DNA of 64,000 nucleotides from the NCBI RefSeq assembly GCF_009914755.1, contig NC_060934.1; one strand, given 5' to 3'. The position numbers were made by a program, and so were the translations under genes. This stretch comes from the human T2T-CHM13v2.0 reference genome, Homo sapiens. The notes under the pieces are model-generated. The model was not told where the DNA came from. It searched no databases and was given only the letters and a program-made list of their open reading frames with translations. Below are positions 38,373-57,905 of this stretch, in pieces. Positions within the stretch are counted from its first letter, which is position 1; each line of letters begins with the position of its first letter.

Positions 38373-38879
38373 CTGTAACTAAGAAGGAAGACGCAGCTCT
38401 TCTCACTTCCAGGGTTAATAATTGCTCAAGTCATTGATTTCATTAAAAGAACACATACTCAAAGAGAGTAACATTTGAAGATGATAAGGAGAAATTGCAC
38501 AAGTTATTCTTGGACTGAATCTTGGATGCCTCACATAATTTGACTCATATATTCTAATTTCCTTTTTAAATTTTGTATTTAAGGATACTCACTCTAAAAG
38601 GACAGAAGTAGCAACACCTCATTTTGATTTTATCACTGTACCTTCATGGGGGTTGTGATCACTCAGTGGCTCTTATTACTGAGCTCTGTTAATAGGCTTA
38701 TGTCATCAGACTTCACATTGGATGATTCTGAAACTTAATCTTTTAAATCTCAACACCACACTATTTCCCTGCCACAGTTATTAACACATGGGCATAGTTA
38801 TTAACATTACTAGATGATATCAAACAGAATTCACAATTTTAATAATAGTAGATTTTAATAATACACAAAGTATTGACAA

Positions 38880-39830
38880 ATTATTTCTATTTCTTGCTTA
38901 TGTAACTATAAAATTGATTTTGATATGACTTTCAACCTACAAATATGCTAAATTCACTAATTAATTTTAATATATTATATGTATATGTAAATTATTTTGG
39001 ATTTCCTCTGTATAATAAATTGTATAGTCTAGAAGTAATGATTTCTATTTCTTCCTTTCTAGTTCTTAAATAGTTCTAGTTCTAATTCTTGTCTTGTCTT
39101 AATGTACCAGCTGTATTCTCTAAGAGGATGTTGATTTAACATAACATGGATATTCTGCCTTATTTCTGGACTCAGAAAAAAGTTTTCAACATTTTAAACT
39201 TAAGGATGATACTGTCTGTGCATACTTTGTTTTTTAACCAGATTAGGAAAGTTCTGTTCTAGTCCTAATTTCCTTATTTTCTAAGATTTCACATTATGAA
39301 TGGGTGTTGAATTTTAACAAAAAATGTTTTTTTTTCGCAGCTAATGAGCTTATGCTATTTTCTATGTGTCCTGTTAATGCAGTGAATTTTTGTGATTTAC
39401 TTTTAAGTGTTAAATCAACCTTGCTGTACCAGAATCAACTTAACTTGGTTGTCATATAGAGTCCTTTTGCTAGAATTATTATATTAAATATTTAGAAATA
39501 AATATAAATTGTTTTTTGTACTGTTACTGGACTTGGTGGGATAATAATATTTCTGTAGTGTTTACATATAGTGCAGGGTGGGAATTCATTCAATTTTCCT
39601 TGGTTGCAGTGTTATCAAGGTTAGCCCGACTTCATAAAATTAATTGAAGAACTTTTTCTGGTTCTTTTCTTTAGAAGAGTTTATGTGATATTAGCATTAT
39701 TTCATGTTTGAAATTTATTGGTAAGACCACATATATAGAGAATATTCCTTAGAAGAAAGTTATAGATTCAATATCTTACTGGATACAGGCTTATTCTGAT
39801 TTTATGTTCCTTCTTGAGAGTGTTTGAATA
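38880..39830 (-). mobile_element. Ancient L1M ORF2 fragment
   Basis: Antisense ORF2-like phrases (ttttcaacatttt, attatgaatgggtgttgaatttt, gtgttaaatcaaccttgc, aacttggttgt). Confidence 0.6.
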
Positions 39831-41258
39831 CACAGCATCAGTATGAGAGAATTTTAAGGGATGATGAATATTTTCTTTATTCTAACTTTGGTGTTGGTTA
39901 TCCTAATTCCTGAATGTGGTAAAATTTATAGACTTGTGTGAGAATATACTATTTCAAATTACGAAGAAGCTTTGTCAGTGAGAGTTTCAGGTCTTCTCTG
40001 AGAAAGATTCATTTCCGAAACTCACTCTGAACATACCTGGTTCTCTTCGGTTTTTAGTGGGTTTTCTTGTCCTGGGTCTCAGCTTTGGAATATGCTCATA
40101 AAATTACTAGGATAGGTCCTATTCTAATTAAACTTTTGAAAAACTTGTTTGGTTTTATGGTTAAAACTCTTTCCTTTCATTATTTTCTGCTGACCTCCAC
40201 CTTAGCCTAAACTATTCAGTACTCAGCACCCAGAAGCTCAGTCTCTGAATTCAGGCTCTCAGTCCTGCTTGAAGTTGGCTCCTTTCCTGAATTTGGACAT
40301 CCTTACCTGGCCATGCACCTAGGCATAGCACAAGATTCCTTCCTTCCACAATATAGAGAATCATATTTTTCTTAGAAATTTAACCTCCTTCCAACTAGTG
40401 AGCACCAAATGTGATAATAAGATACCTTTCAACAGGTTTATGAAATTTTTACATGTTTTGGATAATATAAAATCAAATATTGATATAGGTTATATTAGAG
40501 ACGATAGATAATTTTTAATAGAATTGAGAACCCATGAACCTTTGAAACAAGAATTTTATTAGGGTCATTATACAGCTCCATCTGTTTTAAAATTTGAGAT
40601 TCACATTATAAAAAATTCCATAAAAATGATAATGAGAAAACAATAAAACAGACATTTAGTTATCCTAAAATTGTTTACTTCATTTCTTAAAAGCCTCTTG
40701 CTATAAATCTCAAACACTTTTCTAGGTGAAAAATATTTAGTCAGTTAGGTGCTTGTAACATGGAGAGAAAGAATGCTTTCAGTTATAATTTGGTAAACTT
40801 GGCAGTCTACAAAAATGTGAAAAAATACCTGCATTCTATTCAGCATAGACACAGTGAGAAAAGTACAGAGATTTATCCAGAATAACATGGATATTGTAGC
40901 ACATAAATCTTCTTGGTTTACCGGCCCTAAGTTTTATCTTTCTATTGCAAAAATGTTTTAACTTTCCATCAGTGAAAATTGCCAAGAGGCAAAAACTTAC
41001 TAACAAAAAAAGTTTTCCTTTTGAAATCCACACAGAAAGATATGTATCTGCCTGGACACATATTGACTTATATAAGATAGGGACACATCACCCCATCCTC
41101 AAACTCAAACCTGAATGCATTTACCTGCCCCATAAGAACTGCAAGTTTCTTTTCATTAGCTATAAAAAAGCGTGTCTTCTAGGCTTTAGCTGTTTCTGCA
41201 TTGTTTAATAAACTTGACAATAAATAAAGAGTTGACCTAAAGATTTACTATTCAGTCA

Positions 41259-42443
41259 TGTGGTATAATAAAAAATACTTGATCTTTGTCTCTGGTTCCT
41301 GTCACAGAGATCCTAAAACCCCAGACATTTCCTAAGTGACGAGTGTTGTGTATTATTAGTAATGAGTTCCCTAACAACCATACCTGAGTTTTTGTTAATC
41401 AGGTGACTCTAGGTGGGCCCCTAGATAGCTTTGGGATGGGGACTGATAGCCAGAGGAACACACTGTATGATTAGGGGTTTGTAACTTTCAGCCCCTTCCA
41501 CCCTAAATTCCAGAGGGAAAAGAGGCTGGAGGTTGAGTTCAATCACCAATGATCAGTGATTTAAACAATTGTGCCTACATAATGAAACTTTCATAAAAAC
41601 TCCTAAACAATGAAGTTTGGAGAGCTTCCAAGTTGGGGGACACATGAAGGTGCTGGGAAGGGAGTGCATCTGGAGAGGGCATGGAAGCTCCACACTCCCT
41701 AACACCATACCTGGCTCTATGGATCCCTGTTGATATGGTTTGGTTCTGTGTCCCCACCCAAATCTTATCTCGAATTGTAATCCTCACATTTCAGAGGATG
41801 GGCCTGGTGGAAGATAATTGGATCAAGGGGGTGGTTTCCCCCATGCTGGTCTCCTGATAGTGAGTGAGTTCTCAGGAGATCTGATGTTCTGAAAGTGTTT
41901 GGCAGTTCCCCGGTCACTCTCCATCTCTCATGCCACCTTGTGAAGAAAGTGCTTCCTTCCCCTTAGCCTTCTGCCTCAGGAAACCCTTGTTTCCTGAGGG
42001 CTCCCCAGCCATGTGGGAACTGTGAGTTAATTAAACCTCTTTCCTTTATAAATTACCTAGTCTCAAGTAGTTCCTTATAGAGTGCAAAAACGGACTAATA
42101 CACCTTCCATCAGGCTATTTGAGTTGTATCTTTTATAATACACTGGCAATGGTAGTTAAATGCTTTCCTGAATTCTATGAGCTGTGCTAGAAATCACTGA
42201 CACTGATGAGGGACATTGTGAGAATCCCTGAATTTATAGTTGTTCCAGCAGAAATGTGGGTATCTTGGGAACCCCGTTTTTGACTTGCATCTGAAGTTGG
42301 GGCAGTCTTGAGGGACTCAGGCCTTAACCTGTGGGATCTTTTCTAACTCTGGATAGCTAGTGGCAGATTTGAATTACATTTGTGGATACCCAGATGATAT
42401 TGGAGAATCAGAGAATCCATTGATGTGAGGAAAAAATAACTCA
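41259..42443 (+). mobile_element. MER21-like LTR interrupted by THE1
   Basis: tgtggtataat...gatctttgtctctggttcctgtcacagag...gggcccctagatagc...ggttgagttcaatcaccaatg. Perfect TSD AGTCA at 41254-41258 and 42444-42448. Confidence 0.85.
41731..42102 (+). mobile_element. THE1D-like MaLR solo LTR
   Basis: tgatatggtttggttctgtgtccccacccaaatc...cggactaataca, 372 bp. Confidence 0.9.
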
Positions 42444-44573
42444 AGTCAGCAGATATTAAACATTTGTTGAACACATGGCTGAATAGCAACATTATTCTCT
42501 ACTCTTTCCAAAGGGAAAATTTTCTATTATTTAATCGAATGTCAAACATTTTGTTTACTTTGCCTCTGCTCAAATTCTATATCTTTTGACATAGCAAAAA
42601 GCAAGTGATGTGAAAGTTTTATTCTCAGAGGCCAATTTGTATAAAGTCCTAAATGAACATATAGCATTTATTTTATTTCCAACCAAGTTGATTTATAATG
42701 CTCTGAATTATCCATTGTCTGTGTTTATTGTTTTTTTCTTACCAGATTGTATATACACTCCTTGAGTCAGAGGCAGTGTTTACCTACCCAAGCTGAAGCC
42801 TAACATTGTCCTAGAATATAGTGGTAATGCAACATTATTTATTGATTGACTTGATATGAGATTTATGTAATGAAGAATGTGTTTTTTTATTCTTGTCTCA
42901 TTTTTTATGGAGTTTTAGGTTTCACTTTGTTTCCTGGTCCACAATGCACTGTAACTCTTGAGTTTCATCTCCGTCTTTATAGCTCCAATTATGTGGAGAA
43001 CATTTTGCCAATGCTGAGTTGAGAAGAGAGAAAAGTCTGAGATGTAGAGAGACCTCAGTTAAGTTACTTAACCTCCTGGAAACTCAGTTTCTTCAGCTGT
43101 CAGATATGGTATACCTTAATAATGCCAATTTCATGAGCTGTCATTAGGGCAAGTGAGAATCCATATATAAATCTCCTGAAATATTTGGTAGGCATTAAAT
43201 ATGTGTCTCTTTCCCTAATGGGAAAATAAATTGTCTTGCTATTGGTCTGGAGGTATGCTGTGGACTAGCATACCTCCAGGATATAATTTAAATAATACAT
43301 CCCCAACACTTTTTTCTGTATTTACATTACATAATCATTCTTTTATTTAAGTAAATACATGTACTTACAAAATATTTAGCAATCTTAGAAAATATAAATC
43401 CCAAGATTTCACTGGTAAGTTCTTCAAGAGAGGGCAAAAATCAAAGCTTGTCTCACCATTCATGTTTGTTTATTTCTCTCTTTTTTATTAAAATATTGTA
43501 GAAGAGACATGGAAACATTATAATGATGCCAGTAAGGAAGTGATTGGTGCTGTTAAATTGGGCAGACAAAACGTTTTGAGGAGAATAAAGGCGGTAGAAA
43601 GAGAACTTGCAAAGGGGCAAAGTAACTATTTTAGCAGTGATTAATATGCTATGACCTTGTATTGCATTTTTTCAGATCACAATTTCTGAAGTCAAGTGCA
43701 TTTTATATAACATATCAGACAAAAGGGACAATGGTTATTTATTTGAAGTTATTATGATTGTTGAACATATGTTCTGTGAGGACTGACTTATGACTAGTTT
43801 CCATTTTGAACTTGGAGGAGTTTTGCTTATAAAAATAAAGCCTATAACACAATCACAGTCACTAAGTATGTTGAATGCTCTATCTGAGCAGCCTAGAGAG
43901 TTATTGTATGTTCTTACACTGGATCAGTATAAAAGAGCTAAGAATGTTTGTTTATGTATTTGTTTAACAGGTTATCTGGTTGAAAAAATAACAAAGAAAA
44001 ATGTGTAATATAGATCATGTGTGGCTTACTAACACTGAACTGTTTACTACCTGGCCCTTTAGAAAAAAAGTTTGCTAAGCTTTGCTGCAGAATATTAGAC
44101 ATGTCAAAAAATTTTTGAAGACCTGTCACATTTGCAATATTTAATTTTTCTGTGTTCAGATTTGCATAAGACAGTATTAATTTCTCATAGTTCCAAATAA
44201 AGTAAGGGAACCATAGATTCTTAATGTTAAATTACTTAAGTAACAATATTGTTACTTTGAAATGTAGCCTGGAAACATTTGAATTTAACTGGAACATAAT
44301 CAATTAAATATCTTGCCTTACCTAGAATTGTGTTTTGAGGTTTGACACACATTGAACCCTATCATATGAACTTGCCACCTTGTATTTATCTTTGAATAAT
44401 ATTAAGAAGCAATGACTACTGATGTGCATGGGTATTAGGATATGTGTATTTTCAATTTTAAGCTGATGGCTAAATTGTTTTCCAAAGTGGAATAGTTCTA
44501 CAGTGTGAAATTTAAGCACGAAATCTATTATACCTTTTTAGTAGGTAGTCATTATAATGCCAAGGAAATTTTA

Positions 44574-46821
<2,248 letters not shown>

Positions 46822-46981
46822 CTACTTAAGCTAGAAATTTGATTTTAAGAAATGCTTTTTCTGCATATATTGATATAGTTATACATTTTTTCACTTATTT
46901 TTAATTCTATGAATATTATATTAATGAGAAAATATATTGATTCAATTATAATTTTAAATAATACTTTCACATCTTAAATAA

Positions 46982-47370
<389 letters not shown>

Positions 47371-49804
47371 TCATAAATATTTTCATATTTTCCATGAATC
47401 TCATCTAGTAGCCATGATGTTTAGACGTTTTTGTATTGCATTAAATAACAGAATAATAATTGCTATTTGTATCTGTGTGTTAATTTGAATCTGATTACAT
47501 CTTAATGAGATATTTCTTGAGAACATGTTCCTTATTTTGTAATATCCTTTTGCCTCTACATATTCTATTTTATTTCTTAATTTTATTTCTATTTTACATT
47601 TATCTATCTGTTACAGCATATTTCCCAATGTTAAGCTGGATATATTATTCACATGATCACTAGAGTCATTGGTCATGTGTCCTAATGAAATCTAAACACA
47701 GGAAATTCTTCATAGATGTTTCTAAAATAAAATAAAATAGAAAGGAGTTTATTCTGTGCATGAATCAATTAATCTTTACAATTTTTGAAGCTATATTATT
47801 TTTCCCATTTTACTGATATAATAAGTGGAGCTCCAATAAGTTGTTCCGCAGTATGATAGCTCTGGGTTCGTATCTGTGACCAGTCACAGATATCAGTGTT
47901 GTAACAAGCTGATCTGAAAGATGCAATGGAATAGTAATAGGAGAGCATTGTTGCCTGAACCAGAAGGATCAGTAGCCCATAGACTGCAGTTGGCATTGTC
48001 TGTGCGTGAGAGGATGAGGGACTTCTGGTACATAGGACTCATGGGTCCCAAACTTTTGTCTGGGTGGCAGTCAGTGGTCATGTGGTTGGTTTGAACTATA
48101 TCCCCACTTATGGGGCATCCTGGTTGGTGGAGAGAGAAGCAAATATTTCATACTAGCTTAGAAAGAGTCACATGGATCTACTGAGGCATCATTGTATGCT
48201 GATGGAAAAGACTTAGTAGCAGGGCAGAAACTAGTCATTTGGTAGATAAAGTAGACAATTGCAGGAACAATGAGCATGGGAGATAAACTGGCCTTAGACG
48301 ATAGCAATTGCAGATAACCAGGATTGAGATTTTTGCTAGGTGGGTGAATAGTCCTGAGGAAAATTTATAGTGAGAGTCTTTTTAGTAAAAGAGCATGATG
48401 TCCTATGTCATAAGAGGGAAAATCATTATGATGTTGGCAGCATACAATTTTTTAGTCCTTGATGACATTAAAACATTTTTAAAGTAGCGTATAAGATTCA
48501 GTAAATTTGAAAAATAAGAAGTACTTACTAGAATAGGACATACCAAAAATCTAAAGGCTAAAAGTAATGCATTTATTGATGATAATAAGGCCCAGAAAAT
48601 AACTATGGGAGATGATGTTTAAAGTGTGATGAAGATACAGATGATTGTAACTGAAAAGTGCAAGGATCTGTATAGCCTGGTTTTAAATTGTTTCTTCTCT
48701 CAGTTAAGACTCTTCAATCATTCCAGTTGCTCAGGTCAAAACTCTTGGTGTCATCATTTTCTCCTGTTTATGACACACTAAACGTCATCTTATCAATAAG
48801 TCCTGTCTTTTCTATCTTTGAAAAAGATAGATTTCTACCGCTTTTCTTCATCTTGGCTGAAAGTACCATTTTCTCTTGACTGGATTATTTCAGAGGCCAA
48901 ATAGTGGATTTCTCTTTTTTGCTCTAAAAGGGAAATAAAACTCTTTCCATTTATTATCAACGTATTAACAAGTGAATCTATTAAAATAGGATAATTCAGA
49001 TCATAGCATCTTCTGCTCCAAACTCCCCCATAATTTTTCATCCAATTTAGAAAATCAACAAAATTTTACTGTGTGTAACCATTACCTACTGTCATAATCA
49101 TGTTGGGTAACAAATTATGCAGAATCTCAACAACTTAAAACTACAGCACTTTATTTATGCCCATAGCTTCTATGGTGACCATCTAGGCTCAGTTTGCACT
49201 TGGTTCAAGATGTAGATTGGGTCCAATTCTGTTTCTTGCATTCTTTATCATTACCAGTGAATGCTGCATGATAAGTCAAAGGCAAGATGCAAGAAGTAGA
49301 ATACAACAATATGATACCAAGTCTAGCCTGTCATTTTAGATAACAAAAACAAATGCTATGAAAGGATTAGATACCCAAAAGATTCAAGGGGCAAAGGTCA
49401 GTGAAAGACAAAAGGGGTAGGCCATATTAGGCAGGAAGAACTTTCAATGCAGTTACAATGCAAGCCTGACAAGGGGAAAGGAAGAAGAAATGGGTAGGAT
49501 GAATCTTAGATTGCGGTGGAGTTGCAAATTTTGGCCATATAACAATGCCAAATCCTTGAGTCTCATGAAAGGGAACTTGCATTTCATAAAAATGTGCCAG
49601 CAGTAGTGCCCATGCAATGCTCAGTCACTGGCTAGTAATAACACAGTAGAAACATAGTCTGTAGCTGGACATGGTGATGAATCAGAGGGATAGCAGTCAG
49701 GGCTCTCAGTCCAATTACACCCCTATCATCAGTTTCCTTTGTAGAAGAGGTGAGCAGCACATTGGCTTGGCTGCAATGCCAGTCACATTCCCAAGCCAAC
49801 ATCA

Positions 49805-52437
<2,633 letters not shown>

Positions 52438-53175
52438 AATAATCTAATTAAAGAATATGGGACATACACATCTACATGAATCAAGCTTTTCTTTACCTCT
52501 CTTACCTTGTTTATTACCACCATCATCTTGTTAATTCCCCTCTAGCCATACTACTGCCTCATATTTTTCAGAGCACACCAGACATGCTCCTATCATAGGG
52601 ACTTAGCCTGAAATGCTTTTTGCTCAGATGTCTGCATGGCTGTCTTTCTCATTTCTGTCTGATGTTTACTCAAATGTCAACCTGTCAATAAGGCTTTCCC
52701 TGATCAACTTTTCTAAAATCTTAATTTCCATCACTAGAAAGCTTACTTCATAAATTGCTTTGAGAGTTGATCCTATCCCCCTTTTCAAGTACAGGTTAGA
52801 TTAATCAAGGAAAAATGTACATATAATATTGTACATTCTCATTTGCTACAGTCTCCTAGCTGGTGTAGGAAGCAGGTAATCTAATTTTTCTTAGAAAGTA
52901 GCACTATGAATAATTTAACAAGTGTTTGCCCTCAGGAAAATATTGAATTTAGAGCTTTTTGCAAATAAATCAATATAAGAACAAATCCTACAATAGTTAA
53001 TTTTTAGGAAAAATGTCCAGGCATAGGGGAAAGCCAAGTGCTTCTCCTCCATCAGTTTCTTCACCTTCACTGGAGATAATCAAAGAAATAATAATAGGCT
53101 GGATCTTTGATTACCAAATATGATAAAATAATTCAGTCAAGTTTCTTGCTGTTGTACAGTGTAGCAAATAAGCAC

Positions 53176-53575
53176 TGTGATGGATAGCCTTACATGTCAA
53201 CTTGACTGATCTGTAGCACCCAGTTACTTAGTCAAACATGAATCTAGGTATTGCAATGAAAGTATTTTGTAGATATTGTTAACATTCTTAATCAGTTGTC
53301 TTTAAGTAAAAATTATCCTTGACAACCTGAGTGGGCCAATTCTAATGAGTTGAAAGGCCTTAAGAGGGAAAGCAAGGTTTCCTTTAGGAAGAAGAAATTC
53401 TACATGTGAATTGCAGCCTGAAGATTGCCAGCTTGAAGGCACACCCCATGAATTTTGGACTTTCCAACCCTCACAATTATGTAGGCCAATTTTTTGAAAA
53501 AAGTCTCTCTCTCCCTTTCTCTCTCTCTCTCTATCTATATATATATAATGTACATACATATACATGTATATATTA
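53176..53575 (+). mobile_element. MLT2D-like LTR, 3' end lost in a CT/TA repeat
   Basis: tgtgatggatagccttacatgtcaacttgact...gtcaaacatgaatctaggtattgc...gaaaggccttaagag. Confidence 0.8.
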
Positions 53576-55659
53576 AACACTACTTATCAGGAGACCATTA
53601 AGAATTCTGATGGTTTGCTTTTCCATACTTCATTTGAATAACTGTGAAATAGAAAGAAGCATTCTTAGTAAACGGAATAAAAAAGTAACCTTCTAAAATA
53701 CGCCAGGCAGTAGACTAGATTCTTTTATACGTGCTATTTAAAACTGAATTATTTTAGAAAACACATACTCCCATTTTACAGAGGAGAAGGTGGAGGTTTG
53801 GATACTAAGAGAAAGCAATGTAATCCACAGTAGCCATGAATAGGAGTCATGCAGATGTGGGTGTGTATCCCACTAGCTCCTCCATGTGTTAGATAGATGT
53901 TTTAGGCATCATCTGAGACTGTGTTTTCTCATATGTGAAATGGAAATGACAAGACCTATCTTGCTCAGGTAGAGGTTGTAAGGACTAGTTAGCATATGTG
54001 AATGTTTAGCCATGTGTCACACATTGAGGCACACTCAGGGTGTTCAAAAACTGTTTGCAACCTTAATTTTCTAAAAATCAAGATACCATAATTTGACTGC
54101 CATTAGGCATACTGCCTGTTTTCTTTGTAGCCTTTTCCACAGTGCTGCAGAAGGTACATAAATAGCCCTGTAGCCCATAGTGTCCTAGATTTCACCATGA
54201 AAGCCAATGGATTTCTCCAACTTATATTACCAAGGGCAGTTATAAAGAGGAATTCGGCCCACTGCTATCTCTGGAACCGCCTAATATCTGTTTTTCTATA
54301 AGTGAGCTTACAAAGGACTGATTTAATTTCTTTGATATTTTTGACCAAATTTTGACAAAAATAAACTGCAAGATCCCTGAAAAAGCATTCCATTTGGTTT
54401 ATATTGGGACTTCTTAACCACTGAAGTTTAAACAAAACAAAACCAATCTATCACTGTTATTTGATAAGAAATTACATTTTTCTTCTTTATAATCCTCCAA
54501 ACTGCACTCAGATTTTGTCTTCGAAATAGCTGATGTATTTTTTTGCCCTCATTTCTCTGAGGGGGGAAAAAGACTCCCAAAAATAGCTAGATTTTTACTC
54601 GTACTCTTTTTTTTTTTCCCTTTTAACATGAAATGATTGAATTTGCTGGTGAAAGAAGAGCACTTATGAATTGCAAAAGCGTGCCTTCTGATAAATACTT
54701 CATCATCTCTGAAAAATGAAAGCAATAAAAAATGCAATAAATTCTGTTTATGGAGGAAGAAGCAGACTAACATCTTGCAATATTAACTTCAGAGAAATGT
54801 GCCAGAGAGTGAAACTGGTCAGTTCTTGCTTATTGCTCTGGCATCTTAGATGTGCAGGCACATGCTGTTCCTCAGAGATCTAGGGGCTCTCATAAGAAGC
54901 TCTAGATTCAGCCCTACTCACTACCCTTGCCCCACCCCACATCTGCCAGAGGAGTACAACCTTACACACTGAATTCCTTGGTGTAGAGAGGCACCTTGGG
55001 CATTAGTCAATCAGACGGCTGTGTGTGATGTTGACCCAAATTTTAAACCAGGCTTCGAGGTGTGCTGGCTGCTTGCCTCTGTGGCAGGGACATGATACTT
55101 AACCTCTCTGAGCCTTTACTTCCTAATTTCTAAAATAAAGATAATACCTGCTAGGAAGTTTTAAAAATTAAAAAGAATAATATAATGTATGTGAGGTATT
55201 AAACAAAAAGCATAGCATGTTGTCTGATGTTTGCTATTTATATTATTAGTACCATTATTGTTTTGTGGTTGTTAACATGGTGTTTGGGGACTTGGGTTCT
55301 GATGTCAAACAGACTTACTTAATTTTCAGTTCCAAATCCAGCTCTGTGTGACCTTGAGCAAATTCTGTAATATCATCATGTATTAGCTTATTGATCCATA
55401 TGAATGGGATAACATGATCGCTTCTCTCACAAAGTTGTTGTGAAAATTAAGATGTAATAATAGAGTAACATAGTTATGGTTATTACTTAATTTCAACCCT
55501 GAAGGTACACTAATGTACTAGATATAATTATTATTAACATACCTTGGAAGAAACTGAGACTCATAACATTTATGAACATCAGTTAGTAGAAGAATTTGAA
55601 TCCTATTCTCATCCATTCTTAAGCCTGAAATAGTTTCAAAACATAGCTCAAGGCAGTGA

Positions 55660-56450
55660 TCTATAGAAAAAACTGAGAACCATCCTTGACTTCTCTTGTC
55701 TCATGCCAAACCAAAACTGTCAATGAATTCTCTTAGTTCTGACTTCAAAATGAGCCAGATTGTGACCACCTCATACAGCCTCCATCACACTTTCCCAAGC
55801 CAGGCCATTATCTTCTCATACCTGAACTATGTCAGAAGCCTGCACACTGGTTTCCCTGCCGAAAGTTTGCCTACAAAGCTGATTTTCATCTCAGAAACCA
55901 CAATGATATTTTGAAAACAGGCATGAAGTCTGTTCAGTAACCTCTAAGAGCTTTCAGAATGAAAGACAAAGTTCTCACCAAGGCCTACGGGGCTCTAAGG
56001 GACCCATCCCTTATTGACCATCTGACCTTCTCTGCTGCAAACCTGGTTCTTCATCATTCAGTTCCAGCCACATCAACTTTACTGATGTTCTCTAAACAAA
56101 CATACAAGGACCCTCCTGCCTCAGGGCCTTTGCACTCTCTATTACCACTGCTTTGAAACTTCCCCCAGATACCAGTTTAAGTTATCTCTTTGTTTCTTTC
56201 AAGTACTCCTCAAAGGTCACTGCATCAGAGAGGAATTCCCTGACTACTGTACACAGGAAACAGCACTTTTCTTCTTTTCACCATCACCTACTTTATTTTA
56301 GTTCATTGTACTCAGCACCACTTGACCTCTCTCTACCAGCAGAATCCCAGAATCAAAGTGTTATGTTTATTTCTTATCCTCCAAACATGTGACAGTGCCT
56401 AACATATGGTAGGTGCTCATTAATATTCCTTGAATGAATGAATAAATGAG
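55660..56450 (+). mobile_element. L2 3' region
   Basis: cctcctgcctcagggcctttgcact, ctcaaaggtcact, and terminal gtgcctaacatatggtaggtgctcattaatattccttgaatgaatgaataaatga. Confidence 0.75.
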
Positions 56451-57905
56451 TTAATTACCTTATGCTCTGTGTGATTACAGAACCCAAAGAGAGGGTTGAT
56501 ATATTGGATTTTTTTTCTGATTCCTCAAAGAACCACTGAAGAGAAATTTAGGCAATAAAAATGTGAACTTCTCAAGGGGGAGGCCAGAAAGAATCCTATT
56601 CACCTTCCAAGTAATTCAGATATTTAATGAATGTAACTTTGTCCTCCCTGGAAACTCCCCAGAGGCATAGAAGCAATGTAGGTTTCTCTCTACTTAACAC
56701 CTAGCCAGTACTGACAGCATAGACCCATGAGTCTAATTCTTAATTCTTGTTAAAAGAACTGAGAAGAATGAGAAATGGGCTGCATAGAATTAAGGAATTT
56801 GTAATCAGTTGATTAATTTTGGGTTATTCATTCTGAGCTGTAAAGAAGTAAATGAAGTAGATGATGACTGGCTGCAGTAAATTTGGTATAGTCAAGCAAA
56901 AATAAATAATAAAGCGAGTTCTCTATTAGAGTTTTTATCTACAAGAATTTTATAAGCAATGACACAGAAAAAGAATCTATCCACCAGGTGTCAATTTGAG
57001 CACATCAGATAGCAATGTTTTATCCACCAATCACAGCTTCCCTACAATTTGCTAATCTCCTGAGATGGATGCTGAAAGCTGAATTAATCCAGACTGTCAA
57101 CTCAGACTCTCACCATTGGAATACAAAATGGTATGTGCTGCAGAATTTCTTTAGTCAGAGAAATTGAGAAATCTCTCTTGTGTGGGGCTTGTGCTCTTCA
57201 CAAGCACAGTTCATAAGCAGTGCAGTATAACCAAAATAATTCATTTTAAGGAGTAGAGATTTTTTAAATAGAAGAAAGAATTTTCAGTAAGAAATAGCTA
57301 TTCTATCAAATACGTACCTTTTTCTTCTCCCCAAGAAATTCATCTATCAGAAGACTCAGAAAGCACCCAAAAGACAACCATGGCTATTTCTTCCCAGTTT
57401 CCACGTAACTATGATTTCTCTTAGACTGAACTCAGCTCTGCTGTATGCCTTCATATGAAGAAAATATCAACTTTAAAGCTTTACCTGAGTTTACAGCACA
57501 TTCGAGTTAATATTGCCACCCATCGTGAAAATGGGCTTACAACGTTAGAATTTGGGTTTGTAGGGGACAAGGGAAAACTTCCTCTTTGCCCTCTAAAAGT
57601 TTGCTGAAAAATCAACTCACAAAGGTCAGATTAATTGCTTAAAAGGCATACTAAATTACTACAGTGTATATGGGGAGAACCGCAGAGTGGCAGCCCACCC
57701 CCTAAGATGATGCAGAAGCTTTTCTACTATCTTGAGGTTAACAGAGTAAACCAAGGTTCAGCGCATGGCCAAGAATAGGTTGTCTTAGTATGTTTTGTGC
57801 TGCTAAAAAGAAATACCTGAGGCTGAGTAACTTATAAAGAAAAAAGGTTCACTTGGCTCATGGTCCTGCAGGCTGTACAAGAAGCATGGTGCCAGTGTTA
57901 CAGAC

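Noticed and set aside
47871-47892. 10-bp-arm inverted repeat TATCTGTGAC-CA-GTCACAGATA
   Set aside because: Only marginally unexpected, with no context supporting a function or origin.
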